From contig NW_027191417.1 of the NCBI RefSeq assembly GCF_041146345.1, forward strand, positions 248,001 to 312,000: DNA of 64,000 nt, in the 5' to 3' direction. This DNA comes from Neodothiora populina. Taxonomy: Eukaryota. A model generated the notes under the pieces. It saw only the letters and a program-made list of their open reading frames with translations, had not been told where the DNA came from and searched no databases. The position numbers were made by a program, and so were the translations under genes. Below, piece after piece: positions 40,233 through 52,300 of the stretch (positions are counted from its first letter, which is position 1; the number at the start of each line of letters is the position of its first letter).

Positions 40233-42824
40233 TCATGAATCTTTGAAAGCATTGTCTCTCGCAAAGGCAGCCATCATGTCCTCTCTGCGCACCGGTGCCG
40301 GACTCGCAACTTTCACTGGCACCGAGGAGGCCAGATCCCCTTCGTCGAGTCTCTTGTTAGGACTTCTCGGTCTGCTGCTGGGTGTCGAGGAAGGGGCTGT
40401 CGCTTGCTTTGGACTTGCACTATTCCTCGATCCAAAGCCCATTGCGGCAACCCCAGCTGACACCTTGTCTACTCCGTTTGAGATCACAACGGGGCTATTC
40501 TGAGGCTGCGCTCCCGGGCGTGGACTGTTCGTTCGACTTCCATTACTTGCATTAGTTCTCAGACTGTGCTCTGAGTTCTCGACACCTATTACCAGCGGCT
40601 CCCTCAGAGCACCACTCTCCTTGGGTAAGCTTGCAGCAGGAGCGGTAGGGGTACCGTTCATCTCTTCATCAGTGCGTCCATAGAGCTCAGGCCACCACCG
40701 AACTCTCCGAACATCCGGAAAAAGCAGACGTTCATTTCCAGGAACATTGTCGTCTACAGTAGGATCAAATGTAGGGTTTGTGAATTGATCGCGTCTAGAA
40801 AGGAAATAATCCCAGACGGATCGAGTGCGTTCGGCCAATCGAGCTTCCACACGCTCGCGCTCACTGTCCAGGAGGAAGGTACCGTACTGACAAGAGTAGA
40901 GCTGATAAAGGAGGCGGCGGAGGAAGCGCTCATTGTACTGAAAACGAGTCGGATGCTGCTGAAGAAGTTGATATGTCGCCTCCAGGAATTGGTGGAAAAT
41001 CGGGCTGGTCTCCTTGACCTTGGTCGCATGCTTGTCGGCCTTGCTAGGTGATCCAGAGGGGGCGAGATCTTCAGGGTCGATGGCAAGGGACTCTCTGCTG
41101 TCGTTCTTCTTGCTGTTGTTGTTTCCGAACAAACCACGAGCGGCGGACAGGGCGCTTTCGAAGGCATTACCGCCGCCATTACCGGTGTTTGACTGCGATG
41201 CAGCGTTGGCTTGGCTTTTGCGATCTCCCGCACCGGCGACACGCTCATTCTCGACTTCGAACCACTTTTCGCTGCCGAGGAAGCCCGAGCGATGCTTGAA
41301 CATGTGTCCGAACGAGACAAAATCCTTCTCCACAAGGACAATGAAGCCCTCGAGAGTGCGATAATACGGATCGAGACAGATCTGGCTGAGGGCGCTTATC
41401 TGACTGGTGCGATCCCAGCCATCGGAGCAGTGTATGAGAACATGTGAGTGGTTGATCCCCACCTGTCTGGCGACAAGATCGGCGCCGCGAAGAAGAATGG
41501 TAATGTAATCGAGCCACTTGCTCTTGGCCAGCAGCTCCTGACTAGGCGGGAAGTTGGTATAGTCAGAGGTGGAGCAAGCGTCGACGACTTTGTTGAGGGA
41601 GTCGCGCATGACATGGATGTTGGCGATTCCGAGGAACTCTTTGGTTGCATCTTTGTAGTACTCCATGTTCTCTGAACCCATACCAGTGGCCTGGTTTGCG
41701 ATTGCGTTAACCTGTGGTCTTGCATCGACGATGAAGTTGCGTTGCTGCGACCCGTAGATCTTGGGTATGGACGCAGGCGTGGTCGAAAGATTGGACTCGC
41801 TGAGGGACAGCTGAGCCTGATTCTCTTCCTCCTCGTTGTCGTGGTCAGATGCAGGTGTAGGCGAGGGCTGTGAAGAGGCTAAATCGGCATCCTCGACACT
41901 GTTGGTATCAAGACCCTGCTGTTGAGTTGACGGACGGGCTGAAGTGTCCGAGTCACTCGTGACTGGGCGTGACGTGGCGAAGATTGCAGCGACAAGGCGC
42001 TCGTCCTGAGCATTTCTCTTTCCCTGGAACATACCAACCAGTGGCTGCGCGCTTCTTGTGATCGAACAGTTGTTCACGGGGTGAAGATAGGTCAGGGCGG
42101 GGATGCGAGTCTTGGAGCGGTAGCCGCCTCCGTATTTGAGGACGTTGTCGGAGATGGTAGACGGCACTGCGAGAAGAGCCGGATATGTCGGTGAGTACTG
42201 GATGAGAAAGGTCAGCAAGGAAGCACCAGATGGCGTCTCCGAGACCTACAGCGTAGTCCTTGTTCAGATCCGACAGCCTCCATCCTCGATCGGGCAGTTT
42301 AGGATTGATGCCCATTCTCCTGAACTCTGCGCGTACGTCATAAACCTCCCAGCCATTGATCGCCTTCTCTGCCGGCGGAGGGCTGTATTTGAAAGCATAG
42401 AGCTTGTCGATGCGATTCAGACAGGTAAGCGCTTTGATCGTCTCGTAGACATCTCTGGCCTGGTCTTCATCGTCGAATTGGAGGGCCAGGAAGGTGAAGT
42501 CTCTGCAGCGTAATCGGATCGAGGAAGGCTGTCTGTACATGGAATGGATGGGCCTGAAGGTGCAATAGGATATGATTGGGTAAGTGATCCATATTTCCTT
42601 TGGTCGCTGCCTGGTAGGGAGTGCTTGTTGGTGATCCGGATCCGGACGCGCGGGCGGACAGTATGAGAAGATCAGGTGGTGCTGAGCAAGGTGTAGAGTG
42701 CCAATCATAGATTCTCCTCGTCGACATAATGTCACTTTCTCCACCTGCTACAGTTATTTCTTGACTCGGTCAAAGGAAGCGAAGGCGTGTGAATGCATGC
42801 CTTGGAGATCCGTATTTTGTCCAT
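40233..42824 (-). CDS. ymr1: Myotubularin-family phosphoinositide 3-phosphatase
   Basis: Catalytic VLIHCSDGWDRTSQ, CLDPYYRTLEGF, SFGHMF, SPIFHQFL and FIVDARP; N-terminal PH-GRAM-like GTLHLAQHHLIF. First exon MDKIRISK (42824-42801). Confidence 0.93.
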
Positions 42825-43271
42825 GTCTGTGTTGGTATGGATGTTGTTGTTACACAGCACCGCATCAAGTGAATGAGGGGTGATCGGGGAGGGGCATCAG
42901 TATCCGGACGTCATGGGATAGCGTTGAGTTGCGCGCGATAGACGACTTTGGGTTTGTTGCAGGGTATATCTGTATTAAGATGATTGACGAGGCGGGCGCA
43001 ATGAGGCAGCACAGTGCTGTACTGCACGTATAAGCCTCGGGGCGAGTGGTGGTGTATTATTGTTGCAGTATACTGTACCTTACCTTTGTACAAAGAAGGT
43101 AATTAACAATCGTGAGAAAGTGATAGCTTACAGTAGAGCAAGTTATCGTACAGTAGAATAAGGTATGGGGTAGAGAGGAGTACGCGGGTCGAGCAGCAAC
43201 AACACCAGAGATACTCTGTAGATAATTACAGTGCACTACAGCATCATGTGAACCACTTCATTTTTATACCT

Positions 43272-43281
43272 AGGGTAGGGT
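43272..43281 (+). promoter_or_regulatory. Homol-E-like ribosomal-protein promoter element AGGGTAGGGT
   Basis: Exact match to the S. pombe Homol E consensus, about 330 bp upstream of the RPS3 ATG. Confidence 0.45.
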
Positions 43282-43607
43282 CAGTAGGTATGACGGAATG
43301 TCAAGGATCCGCCGTCTGCCTTGAAATAAAGTAAGATATCTTGCAACAAATAGCCACAAGGTCAGGCATCCATCAATCAATCTTATCAGCGTGCGAGATT
43401 GCTTGGCACAGATAGCCTAGCTCAAGTAGTCCTAGTCTCGGGAGCGTGTGCCAAGCCCGCACACATTCGAAACCCGCTTCGCTTTGGCAATTGTCAGTAG
43501 CACACACGCAGCCGACGCTTCTTCGACCTTTTCGACGACCAGCGATTCTTCTTTAACGCCCTCGCCCATCCTCCCCTAACGTCGACCAGCACATATCGAT
43601 CGCAAAC

Positions 43608-44768
43608 ATGGCCGCAGTTCAAGCAGCAGGAGCCATGTGAGTTTCCACCTTCTGCACTTTTGCACTTTTGCCCACTTCAGCCCCGGAAACAGCCAATACT
43701 GAGATTGCGCACGACGATTGTTGGACGAGGACGAAAAAGAAGACACACAGAAAGAGACAGAGCAAGAGCAGTTCCGCTGACCACGTCAATCACAGCTCCA
43801 AGAAGAGAAAGTTCGTCGCCGGTACGATTACTCCCACCTCATTCATGAGATCCATCCCTCCGTATGCGCGAAGCGAGCGCGCACAGTGGCCCGCCACCGC
43901 GCGAGACTTGGAGGATACATACGGCGAACATAGCGAACAAGAATACTGAGAAAACAATGACAGATGGTGTCTTCTACGCCGAGCTGAACGAGTTCTTCCA
44001 GCGTGAGCTGGCCGAGGAGGGTTACTCTGGCGTCGAGGTCCGCGTCACCCCCACCGTCACCGACATCATCATCCGCGCCACCCACACCCAGGATGTTCTC
44101 GGTGAGCAGGGACGCCGCATCCGCGAGCTCACCTCGCTCATCCAGAAGCGTTTCAAGTTCCCCGAGAACTCTGTCTCTCTCTACGCCGCCAAGGTCCAGA
44201 ACCGTGGTCTTTCCGCCGTCGCTCAGTGCGAGTCCCTCCGATACAAGCTCCTCAACGGTCTTGCCGTCAGGAGAGCATGCTACGGTGTCCTCCGTTTCAT
44301 CATGGAGTCTGGCGCCAAGGGTTGCGAGGTTGTCGTCTCTGGCAAGCTCCGTGCTGCCCGTGCCAAGTCCATGAAGTTCACCGTATGTTCTTTCCCTTTC
44401 CCCGGCAGTGTAATAAAGCGAAGTTGCTGATTTTAACCAACAAACAGGACGGATTCATGATCCACTCCGGTCGTCCCGCCGAGGACTTCATCGACTCCGC
44501 CACTCGCCACGTTCTCCTCCGCCAGGGTGTCCTCGGTATCAAGGTCAAGATCATGCGCGGTTCCGACCCCGAGGGCAAGGCCGGTCCCCAGAAGACTCTC
44601 CCCGACTCCGTCACCATCATCGAGCCCAAGGAGGAGCCTTCCATCGTCCAGCCTGTCTCCCAGGACTACGGTGCCAAGGCCGCCGCTGCCCAGCAGGCCG
44701 CTGAGCAGGCTCGCGCCGCCGAGCAGGGTGAGCAGACCGAGGCTCCCGCCGCCGAGGCTGAGCAATAG
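43608..44768 (+). CDS. rps3: 40S ribosomal protein S3 (uS3)
   Basis: [36 protein letters not shown]...[24 protein letters not shown]. Introns 43637-43795, 43822-43963 and about 44383-44447; strong C-ending codon bias. Confidence 0.98.
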
Positions 44769-46366
44769 ACGTCTTATCAATGGTGATATGATCTGACAAC
44801 AAGAGGAATTCGGGCATGGTTCGGGTGTTTTCATCAATGCTTCGTTGCAATTGTTATGGCGACACGTAAATGGAGTAGGCGCTTTTATTACGCCCCAAAG
44901 ATGGGTCTTGAGGAAAAATAATCAAGAGACTCACACATCACGTCAACAAAACAAACCTTTTCAACTGCACACTCCCCCCTAAAAGTAATTTGCTTATATG
45001 AGAGAGAAGTGTGAAAAATGATGAATTTGAACGAGCCATTCTGATTCGAACTCGGCCCACCGCAAAACACACCCTTAAAGGTCAAGTTATCTGACCTGTA
45101 TAACACTCTTGATCTTCTGTCATGAACAGAATAGCTGTGTCGCCACACGAGCAACATGACTATGAAGCTGTGCGGTCTCAAGTCAGATCAGTCCTAACGT
45201 TCACGAAGCGAAGGGCAGTCGATGTGTTGCTCTCAGAAGTTTATGAAACCACTGCATGTATCCACCGTTGCTGTCATCGTTTTGATACATATGAAAACAT
45301 AGCCACATATAGGGGAATTATGCGTACCACCAATCTCCCCAATCTCTCCCCATGACCGTCGAGGAGAGCATGGGGGAGTCCGCTGCACTCGGTGACTCGT
45401 ACGTAAAGGATCATGAGATTTGTAGCTATGTGCAACAATCTTGACGCGGGTGTCCGATGATGTATACATCCTGAAATCTCGCGTAGCTGCATAACAGAAA
45501 CTGCGATGGCCATCGGCTGCGATTGGTTTGTCTCCCTCTGGATATCGCCTGTGAAAAGGTGGAAAATGGTCACAAGGCGGAGAAGATCGTTGCCGCCTTC
45601 CGACAAGTGCTTTGCGGAGAATTCGCGTGGAGTGGAGATTTTGGTGAAGCCAATGACGGAATGGTTCGCGGCCAGCCAAGCTCCAACCGAAGTTCGAGGC
45701 GAGAGGCAGCCCATGTTGTTTTTTGCTGCTAGTTCAATCAACGATTACTTTGCCTTAACCCGTACTTTTGGTGAGCCTAACGAAGCGGGTCGGAAAAGCC
45801 TTTGACCAAGTTCGAGTTAAGTTGGGACGACAGAGCGCCATGTGTGAATGATGCTCGAAGCTTTGTGCGGCTCTGGATCCAGGCCCTGATGCAACTGTCT
45901 GATTGCATCCTCATCCGCATCGCATCCATTAGTTCCATTAGCAGGACCTCGAGTAAAGTACTTGGACCTTGAGGCAAGGTAGGCGGGAAAGCTTGCTTCT
46001 TTTTTACATCATCGCCCTGCCGCTGCTCTCTTTCCCCTCTGCTACTTGTGCATGGCGTGTCTGTCGCTTATTACATTGCTTTGTTTTTGCACCCTCGACG
46101 GTTGTTGCCTGACTGATGTCTGAATATAGTCAAGAGGTTCCCAACTTGCTGCTCTGTTCCTGAAGCAATCTCGTATTTTCACTGCCCTACGATCAGCCGC
46201 TACCCGCCGTTCGTTTCTCCATATCACCCATTGTGGGGGCGGAGCTCTGATAAACAGCCCAGCCCAACAGCTTCAGTATATAATCCTTCGTCGATCGCCT
46301 TCCTTCTGCGCTTTCGTCTTTCTTGCCCATTTTTAAAGAGCAACTCAGCGTGTCCGAGCTGCGATC

Positions 46367-48656
46367 ATGGCCGCCGACGCAGAAGATGTGTACTGCACGG
46401 TTGGTCTCTCATATATTGACTATATCAACATAGTGCCCAGACTGACGAAGCGAAGCTATTGATGAGCGATTCTTATCTACCAGGTGAATATATTTGAACA
46501 ATAGATGTGCGTGTACAGCTATCTGACCAAATCACACTCAGGCGCTGCGGTACTGGCTCATTCCTTGCGAGACAATGGCACCAAAAAGAAGCTGGCCTGC
46601 TTGGTCACCATGGACAGCCTCCGGCCGAGTACGATAACAGAACTCAAGGCCATCTTCGACTATGTCATCCCTGTGGATCGCATAGGAAACCCGAGCCCGT
46701 CTAACCTCTATCTCATGAATCGCGGTGACCTGCTCTACGCATTCACCAAGATTGGTCTTTGGCGCCAGACGCAATTCCGCCGGATCGTGTACATTGACGC
46801 TGATGTCGTGGCGCTGCGGGCTCCTGACGAATTGTTCGACCTTCCGGACACCTTTGCTGCTGCTGCAGATGTTGGTTGGCCCGATATCTTCAACACCGGT
46901 GTCATGGTCTTGTCCCCGAACATGGGAGAGTATTGGGCCCTCCGTACGCTTGCCTCGACGGGCGACACCTTCGATGGCGCCGATCAGGGCTTACTGAACC
47001 AGTTCTATGAGCACAAGAACTGGCATCGCCTGAACTTCACCTACAACTGCACCCCTAGCGCTAACTACCAGTACGAGCCAGCATATCGCTACTACAAGTC
47101 AAAGATCTCCATGGTACATTTCATTGGCAAAGAGAAGCCCTGGATGACAACAAGAAGCAAGGATGCTGCTCCTGGTGCATACAACGAACTGCTATATCGA
47201 TGGTGGGCGGTTTACGATCATCACTTCAGAGCACCCGTACGTGTGCGAATTTCCCAAATTTGAGTAGGCGGTGCTGACCAAGCCGATGCAGACATCCGAA
47301 TACGCCTCCGGACGTTACACCCCTGCCTCCTCCGCTGTTGTGCGACACGTCGCCGAGCCGGAGCCCTCAGGTACTACCAATGTGGAACCGGAAGCGCTGG
47401 TCACAACGACAGAGCCGTCAATGGCAGAACCCGTCGTTCCAGCAGAAGAGCTAATCAAGGGAACAGTTGGACCAGTCAACACTGTGGCACTCAGTGACTT
47501 CAATCCTCCTATTATGGAATGGGATGCGACCAGGTTGGTGACCGGAGATGGACTCTTTTCTGACAATATGCTGACTCTTTCTCTAGATCAGCACCACCTG
47601 CCGAATCACGACCCGAGGCTGCCAATTTCCCCACTCAGACGTATGTCTTCACCGAGAACAAAGAGCTTTTCCGCGCGCCAAAGTCATATCCGGAGCCACC
47701 CAGAGACATGTGGTACGACGTGCCAAAGGAGAAACCAGCACCTCCGCAAGTCAAGCCGCCTTCGATCTTCCCATGGGAGCAGCGAGACCTTCCGAAGCCG
47801 TCGCGTGTCTTTGCTGAAGACATACAATCCCCTCCAGCCTCATCGCCCACCAAAGAAAAGGCAGAGGAAGAAATGGCGCCTCCGACACCGACAATCAAAG
47901 TCACGGCAGATGAGCCATGGTCAGCTTTTGAGTCTAAGAATGCGTGGGATCAAGTTACTGGTATTGATCGTTATGTGCGCGCGTTACACCAGCGGAACAG
48001 AAGTTCGATCAGCGGCGGATCGCGGATGAGCATCTCAGAAAGTGTCTCGTCGCCCTCTGTTGAGACATCGACGCCGTTCGAGAGGAAGGAGTCTTTGATC
48101 TTGACCGACTTTCCGTCCGAGGTTGACAGACCGAGTCTGCCGGTCACGCCAGCTCCTATGAGACGATCCATGTTCTGGGGCGAAGAAAGAGACGAGGCGG
48201 GCAAGCTGCCAAGTGCGGAGGGTGTACCTGACCAGGCTGACTGGGTAAGACGCACCTGTCAAGTATTTGGTGTCGTATGACTGACATGTGCATTAGGACC
48301 CATCGGAGAGATTGGAGGAGCTTAGAAGACATTCCCTGATCCTGACACAGACAGATCTGACCCTGCCTAGCAAGATACCCAACAGGGCTATGCCACCCAG
48401 CGCAGTCGAGGTCCCGGAGGCAACATCCCCGACCAAGGAATCAGGTTTGAAGACGGTCGAGGTCGCGCCCGGCATTGTACAGGATGTCCCAGCCAGGTCG
48501 ACCCCACCCGTTGAGGCCCCTAGACCCACACGGGCTGGCGGTGTTCGTTTCGGTGCGGTGGATTTCATCAAAGAGCCCGGTGATTGGGAGAGAGAAAAGC
48601 TACTTTCACCCACAGAGGGCGATGCCGAGGACGAAGATGCTTTCCTCGGCGAGTGA
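46367..48656 (+). CDS. Glycogenin (glycosyltransferase family 8) with long C-terminal extension
   Basis: DVYCTLLMSDSYLPGAAVLAHSL, YIDAD, WPDIFNTGV, FDGADQGLLN, YQYEPAY and VHFIGKEKPW; several introns. Confidence 0.92.
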
Positions 48657-49656
48657 TTTGCTGTGAGGAGGCTAGCATTGCGATTACGACACGAAAGAGA
48701 CTCACGATTTTCTTAAGAGGGGTGTATGGTCCAGAATGGTCGTAAGAGGATGTGGGATACAAGGGACAGAGGAAGAGAGTATCATTGCAGATCTTTTTGC
48801 TGTTGGTAATGACCGATACCCCCTTCTGCATCTTTTGCGTTAGGTGAATTACTTTTGTTTTTTCTCTGATCATGTATAACTATATGCACCCCAGTGTCTT
48901 TTTGTTTTCTGTATATATGTATATCAAAAGCCAAGGTATCTCATAGCATAGGTTTTTGCTTTCCTTTCTACGCATGTCACGATTCTTTGCGGTTGTCTAT
49001 AGAGCACACTGTGATCTACTACTAGAGCCCTTGCTCAGTATATCGCTCGCCTACCCTGTGTGGCCCCGAAGTCGGGCATTGTTTTGGTTATTACTGTAAG
49101 TAGGGTCTATGCAGGGCAAGGTAAGGTACTTCAGATAAGCGAGATTGAGGTACTTTAATCTTGTACTTGTACTTGCACTTGCGCGAGTGATCACCAGCGC
49201 TTACCGTCTACAGTATCTTGGCACTAGAAATGGTCTCTGAGATAAGATATGCCTAGCCAAGGACTGTCAATTTGCACTCACTGTACAGATGAATGTGGAT
49301 GTGGACCATTGAGGTGTGAGAGAACTAGCTGGTATGAACGCAGATGTTTTGGTCGTAGTGCAAATTGAAGGTGAATGACTATCCATGACCAGGGAATAAT
49401 AGATACAAAAGCACCACTTCCAGCAATGAGGGGAGATCGTCAAGGTCAAGGCAGGTAGGTAATTACCCCACGTGGAGTTGGCAGGTACGGTACGTGCCCT
49501 GTGATTATTTGTCCCACACAGGAAGGTACGGTTCCTTGTATCCAACCTTGTCCTTCTCACACGCAGTACACACAAGACACATACACCCAGCCAGACCCCC
49601 ACACCCCCCCCCTCTCTCCGGCAATACAATCCACATACATACCAAGGAGAGAAACA

Positions 49657-50200
49657 ATGTACTACATAACGCAAGCCCTGCACGTGCCGCAAGCACTGCT
49701 CTCCGCCTACGGCCTATACCTCTCCTACACGAGCATCCAGAACCTGCGCCAGTACGAAGCACAGAGCGAAAAAGCCGCCGAATGGAGCAACACTGCCGCC
49801 GAGCAGCTGCACAAGACCAGGACCACGCAGGCCAATGCTGCTATCACCGTATGTTCTCTCACTCGCGCAGGCGCATTCATACTCAAACAAGAGTTGTCCC
49901 GGGACATAGCTGATTTTCGCCTGCCAGATCCTCCTCTCTTTCTCAACGGCCACAGTGCTGACTTTCGTCCCGCACGCCCTGCCGTCGACCGTTCGCTTCG
50001 TGTTGTCGCCTGCTCTGCTGGTCGCGACTCTCGTCGCCCGCGGCCATGTGTCGAGTTTTTGGAGTAGCAAGGCCAAGGTCCCGTTCGTGCAGGGGTATAA
50101 TGAGGCGATTGGTACCACGAAGGATATCGTGGATGTGTTGAAGCTGTTGGAGTATAGTTGGGTTGGGATGAGCTTTTTGGGAGCGGTGGTTGGGTATTAG
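49657..50200 (+). CDS. Small hypothetical membrane protein (about 150 aa)
   Basis: ATG 49657, intron about 49849-49928 (GTATGT..CTGAT..CAG), hydrophobic segments, and blocks YEAQSEKAAEWSNTAAEQLHKTRTTQ and FWSSKAKVPFVQGYNEAI. Confidence 0.7.
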
Positions 50201-50925
50201 TAGTTTGCAATGGTTGAGGATCATGGCCTGGGGAATGGGCGATGGGTGGGAATGGGTCGGACTGGACTGGACGAGCGGCGAGATTTGGTATGGAAATGAG
50301 GTATGGTCAGGACAAGGGCTGGGAAACACGGCCTGGACGGAGAGACGCTCCAGTGAGGTTGTGTGGGATCATGCTCTAACGACGTTAATGGATTGCAAAA
50401 ACCTATGCGGACTGGCTTATGATTATGGGTTACACTCATCTACGGAAATAACGACAAGAGCCACGTACTGATCTACATCAGCGTCATCGATATACCTCTC
50501 TGAGTATCCACGATTAAACTTGATTACGAAGTCACATTCAACTTCACGTTTACTTTCTCGTTCAAACTGAACTCGATCAAAAAGTCACGTCGAATCCACT
50601 CCCAGCAAAAGAACCTCTATTCTCCTTGGAAGGCTTGATAATAACTTCATATTCAGCAACAACTCTACGATTATGGATTTTGAATCATGAAGCGTAGCAA
50701 GTAGAGAGAGAGCACAGAGTAGAAGAGAGCAGAGGACGAGGAGCACATACAGGCTTACCCCCCAAGTCAAGCAGCCATTAAATACCCTGCATAACCTTAC
50801 ACCGCTTCAACTTTACTATTAGGAAAATATTTAAAGATATACATACACTACCCATTTCCATCACGCAAATATGAACGATAGAGGATGGGAGTGAGAGGGG
50901 AAAAAAAAAGGAGGAGAAAAAATAT

Positions 50926-51023
50926 TGACCGCGCCAGGGGTCGAACCTGGAATCTCTTGATTTCGCATCCAATCCGAAGAATTGGAATCGTAGTCAAGCG
51001 CCTTGCCATTGGGCCACGCGGCC
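50926..51023 (-). tRNA. tRNA-Arg (anticodon ACG) with a 26-nt intron
   Basis: GGCCGCGTGGCCCAATGGCAAGGCGCTTGACT-ACG-A[intron]ATCAAGAGATTCCAGGTTCGACCCCTGGCGCGGTCA folds as a cloverleaf with A and B boxes; oligo-T terminator downstream. Confidence 0.96.
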
Positions 51024-51764
51024 TCGTTGATGTCTATCTCGCTCGCCCTGAAAGATTATATACTTTCCTCCGTGAGCATTTTCCAGTCAGGCGTGGTTTT
51101 GTCAAGGTTGTCGTGTTGTATCGTGAGTTGTGATCCACGACGTGTAGTATGCGTATGACTCACCCTGTAATCAGACCAAAGACCTTGTGTACCTAGTCTT
51201 CGATTTCGTACAGTGCGGGGCTCAGATCTACGGGGCTCAAGTCCACCAACAACTCATCTGCTGTACTTCAAAGTCTGCTGCCTTACCCTGCACTTCGTAC
51301 ATTACAACGCCCTGACATACGTAGCTATTACGAAGGCTGCTTCGCTTGTGGCTGATCTTGCAGCGCACAGGGGCACATGTAGGCAAGGTAGGTAGGTAGG
51401 TAAGCAGGCTCTGGGCCCCCTCTCGCTTAGGTCTAGATATGTAGTATTGACCTGTGAAGATCTGCATGGGGTTGTATATCTTGGTTGAGTGTTCGTGAGG
51501 TTGAAATATCTGCGCCCTGCCCTGTGCGTGCGTGCGTGTGTGTGTGTCCCTCTATCTCTCTATCTCTCTGCCTCTGCTTTGTTCAACTTGTCTCTAAGGT
51601 CGGAAACGATGACGACCCAATTCCTCTGTCCACGCTGGTGTAGCGGGAGGACGACACGATGGTCGAGTCGAAGATCACATGGTTGGTTTTGATAAAGCTT
51701 TAGGTATCATTGCATCTTTGCTACGGCTTCCTTGGTCGTGTCGATTTCTCTGATCCTATCTAGA

Positions 51765-51793
51765 AAGGTGCGGTGGAAGGTGCGGTGGAAGGT
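51765..51793. repeat. 12-bp tandem repeat (AAGGTGCGGTGG)x2.4
   Basis: aaggtgcggtggaaggtgcggtggaaggt read directly. Confidence 0.7.
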
Positions 51794-52300
51794 AAGTGAA
51801 GAGCAGAGTCCAGGTACAGTAGAGCGATGGGATGGTCATGGCGGCATTTTAGTAGTCGATATTCACCTAGTAGTCAGTGCCTACTCAGTGCCGTCGTGAG
51901 CCAAGGCTCAAAGGTCTACTGTGCTGTAGACTGGGTTAGACACGTAGTGTGTGAGGGTATAGTGGCTCGAGGTCTACTACCTACCTACGCTTTACTACTG
52001 TGAACGGCCGCAAAGTCTTCAATATCACTTCGTTGAAATGCTCTAGTGCATACTGTCGCAAATATGGCATTTCGATGTAGATGGCGTGGTTACTGACACG
52101 GCCGCATGTCTGGCAATTGGAGGGGATATTTGTTCTATAAGAGCAATGAAAGTCACAGTCTCTTGATGGATACTGCTTGTGTCCTGTTTTAAGATATTGG
52201 AGATATCCAGTCCAAGTTCCCCAGCTTGAGACAGAACGTAGCCTAGTCGGTTTTCATGGACTAGCATTGTCTCAACCTGAAAAACAACAACTACATCGAA

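Noticed and set aside
45018..45093. Box C/D snoRNA (ATGATGA...CTGA...CTGA) downstream of RPS3
   Set aside because: Only an 8-9 nt match to 18S rRNA (GAGCCATTC), no clear terminal stem or C' box; insufficient without a snoRNA scan.
45233..45805. Overlapping 100-155 aa ORFs between RPS3 and glycogenin
   Set aside because: No recognisable motifs, splice pattern or codon bias.
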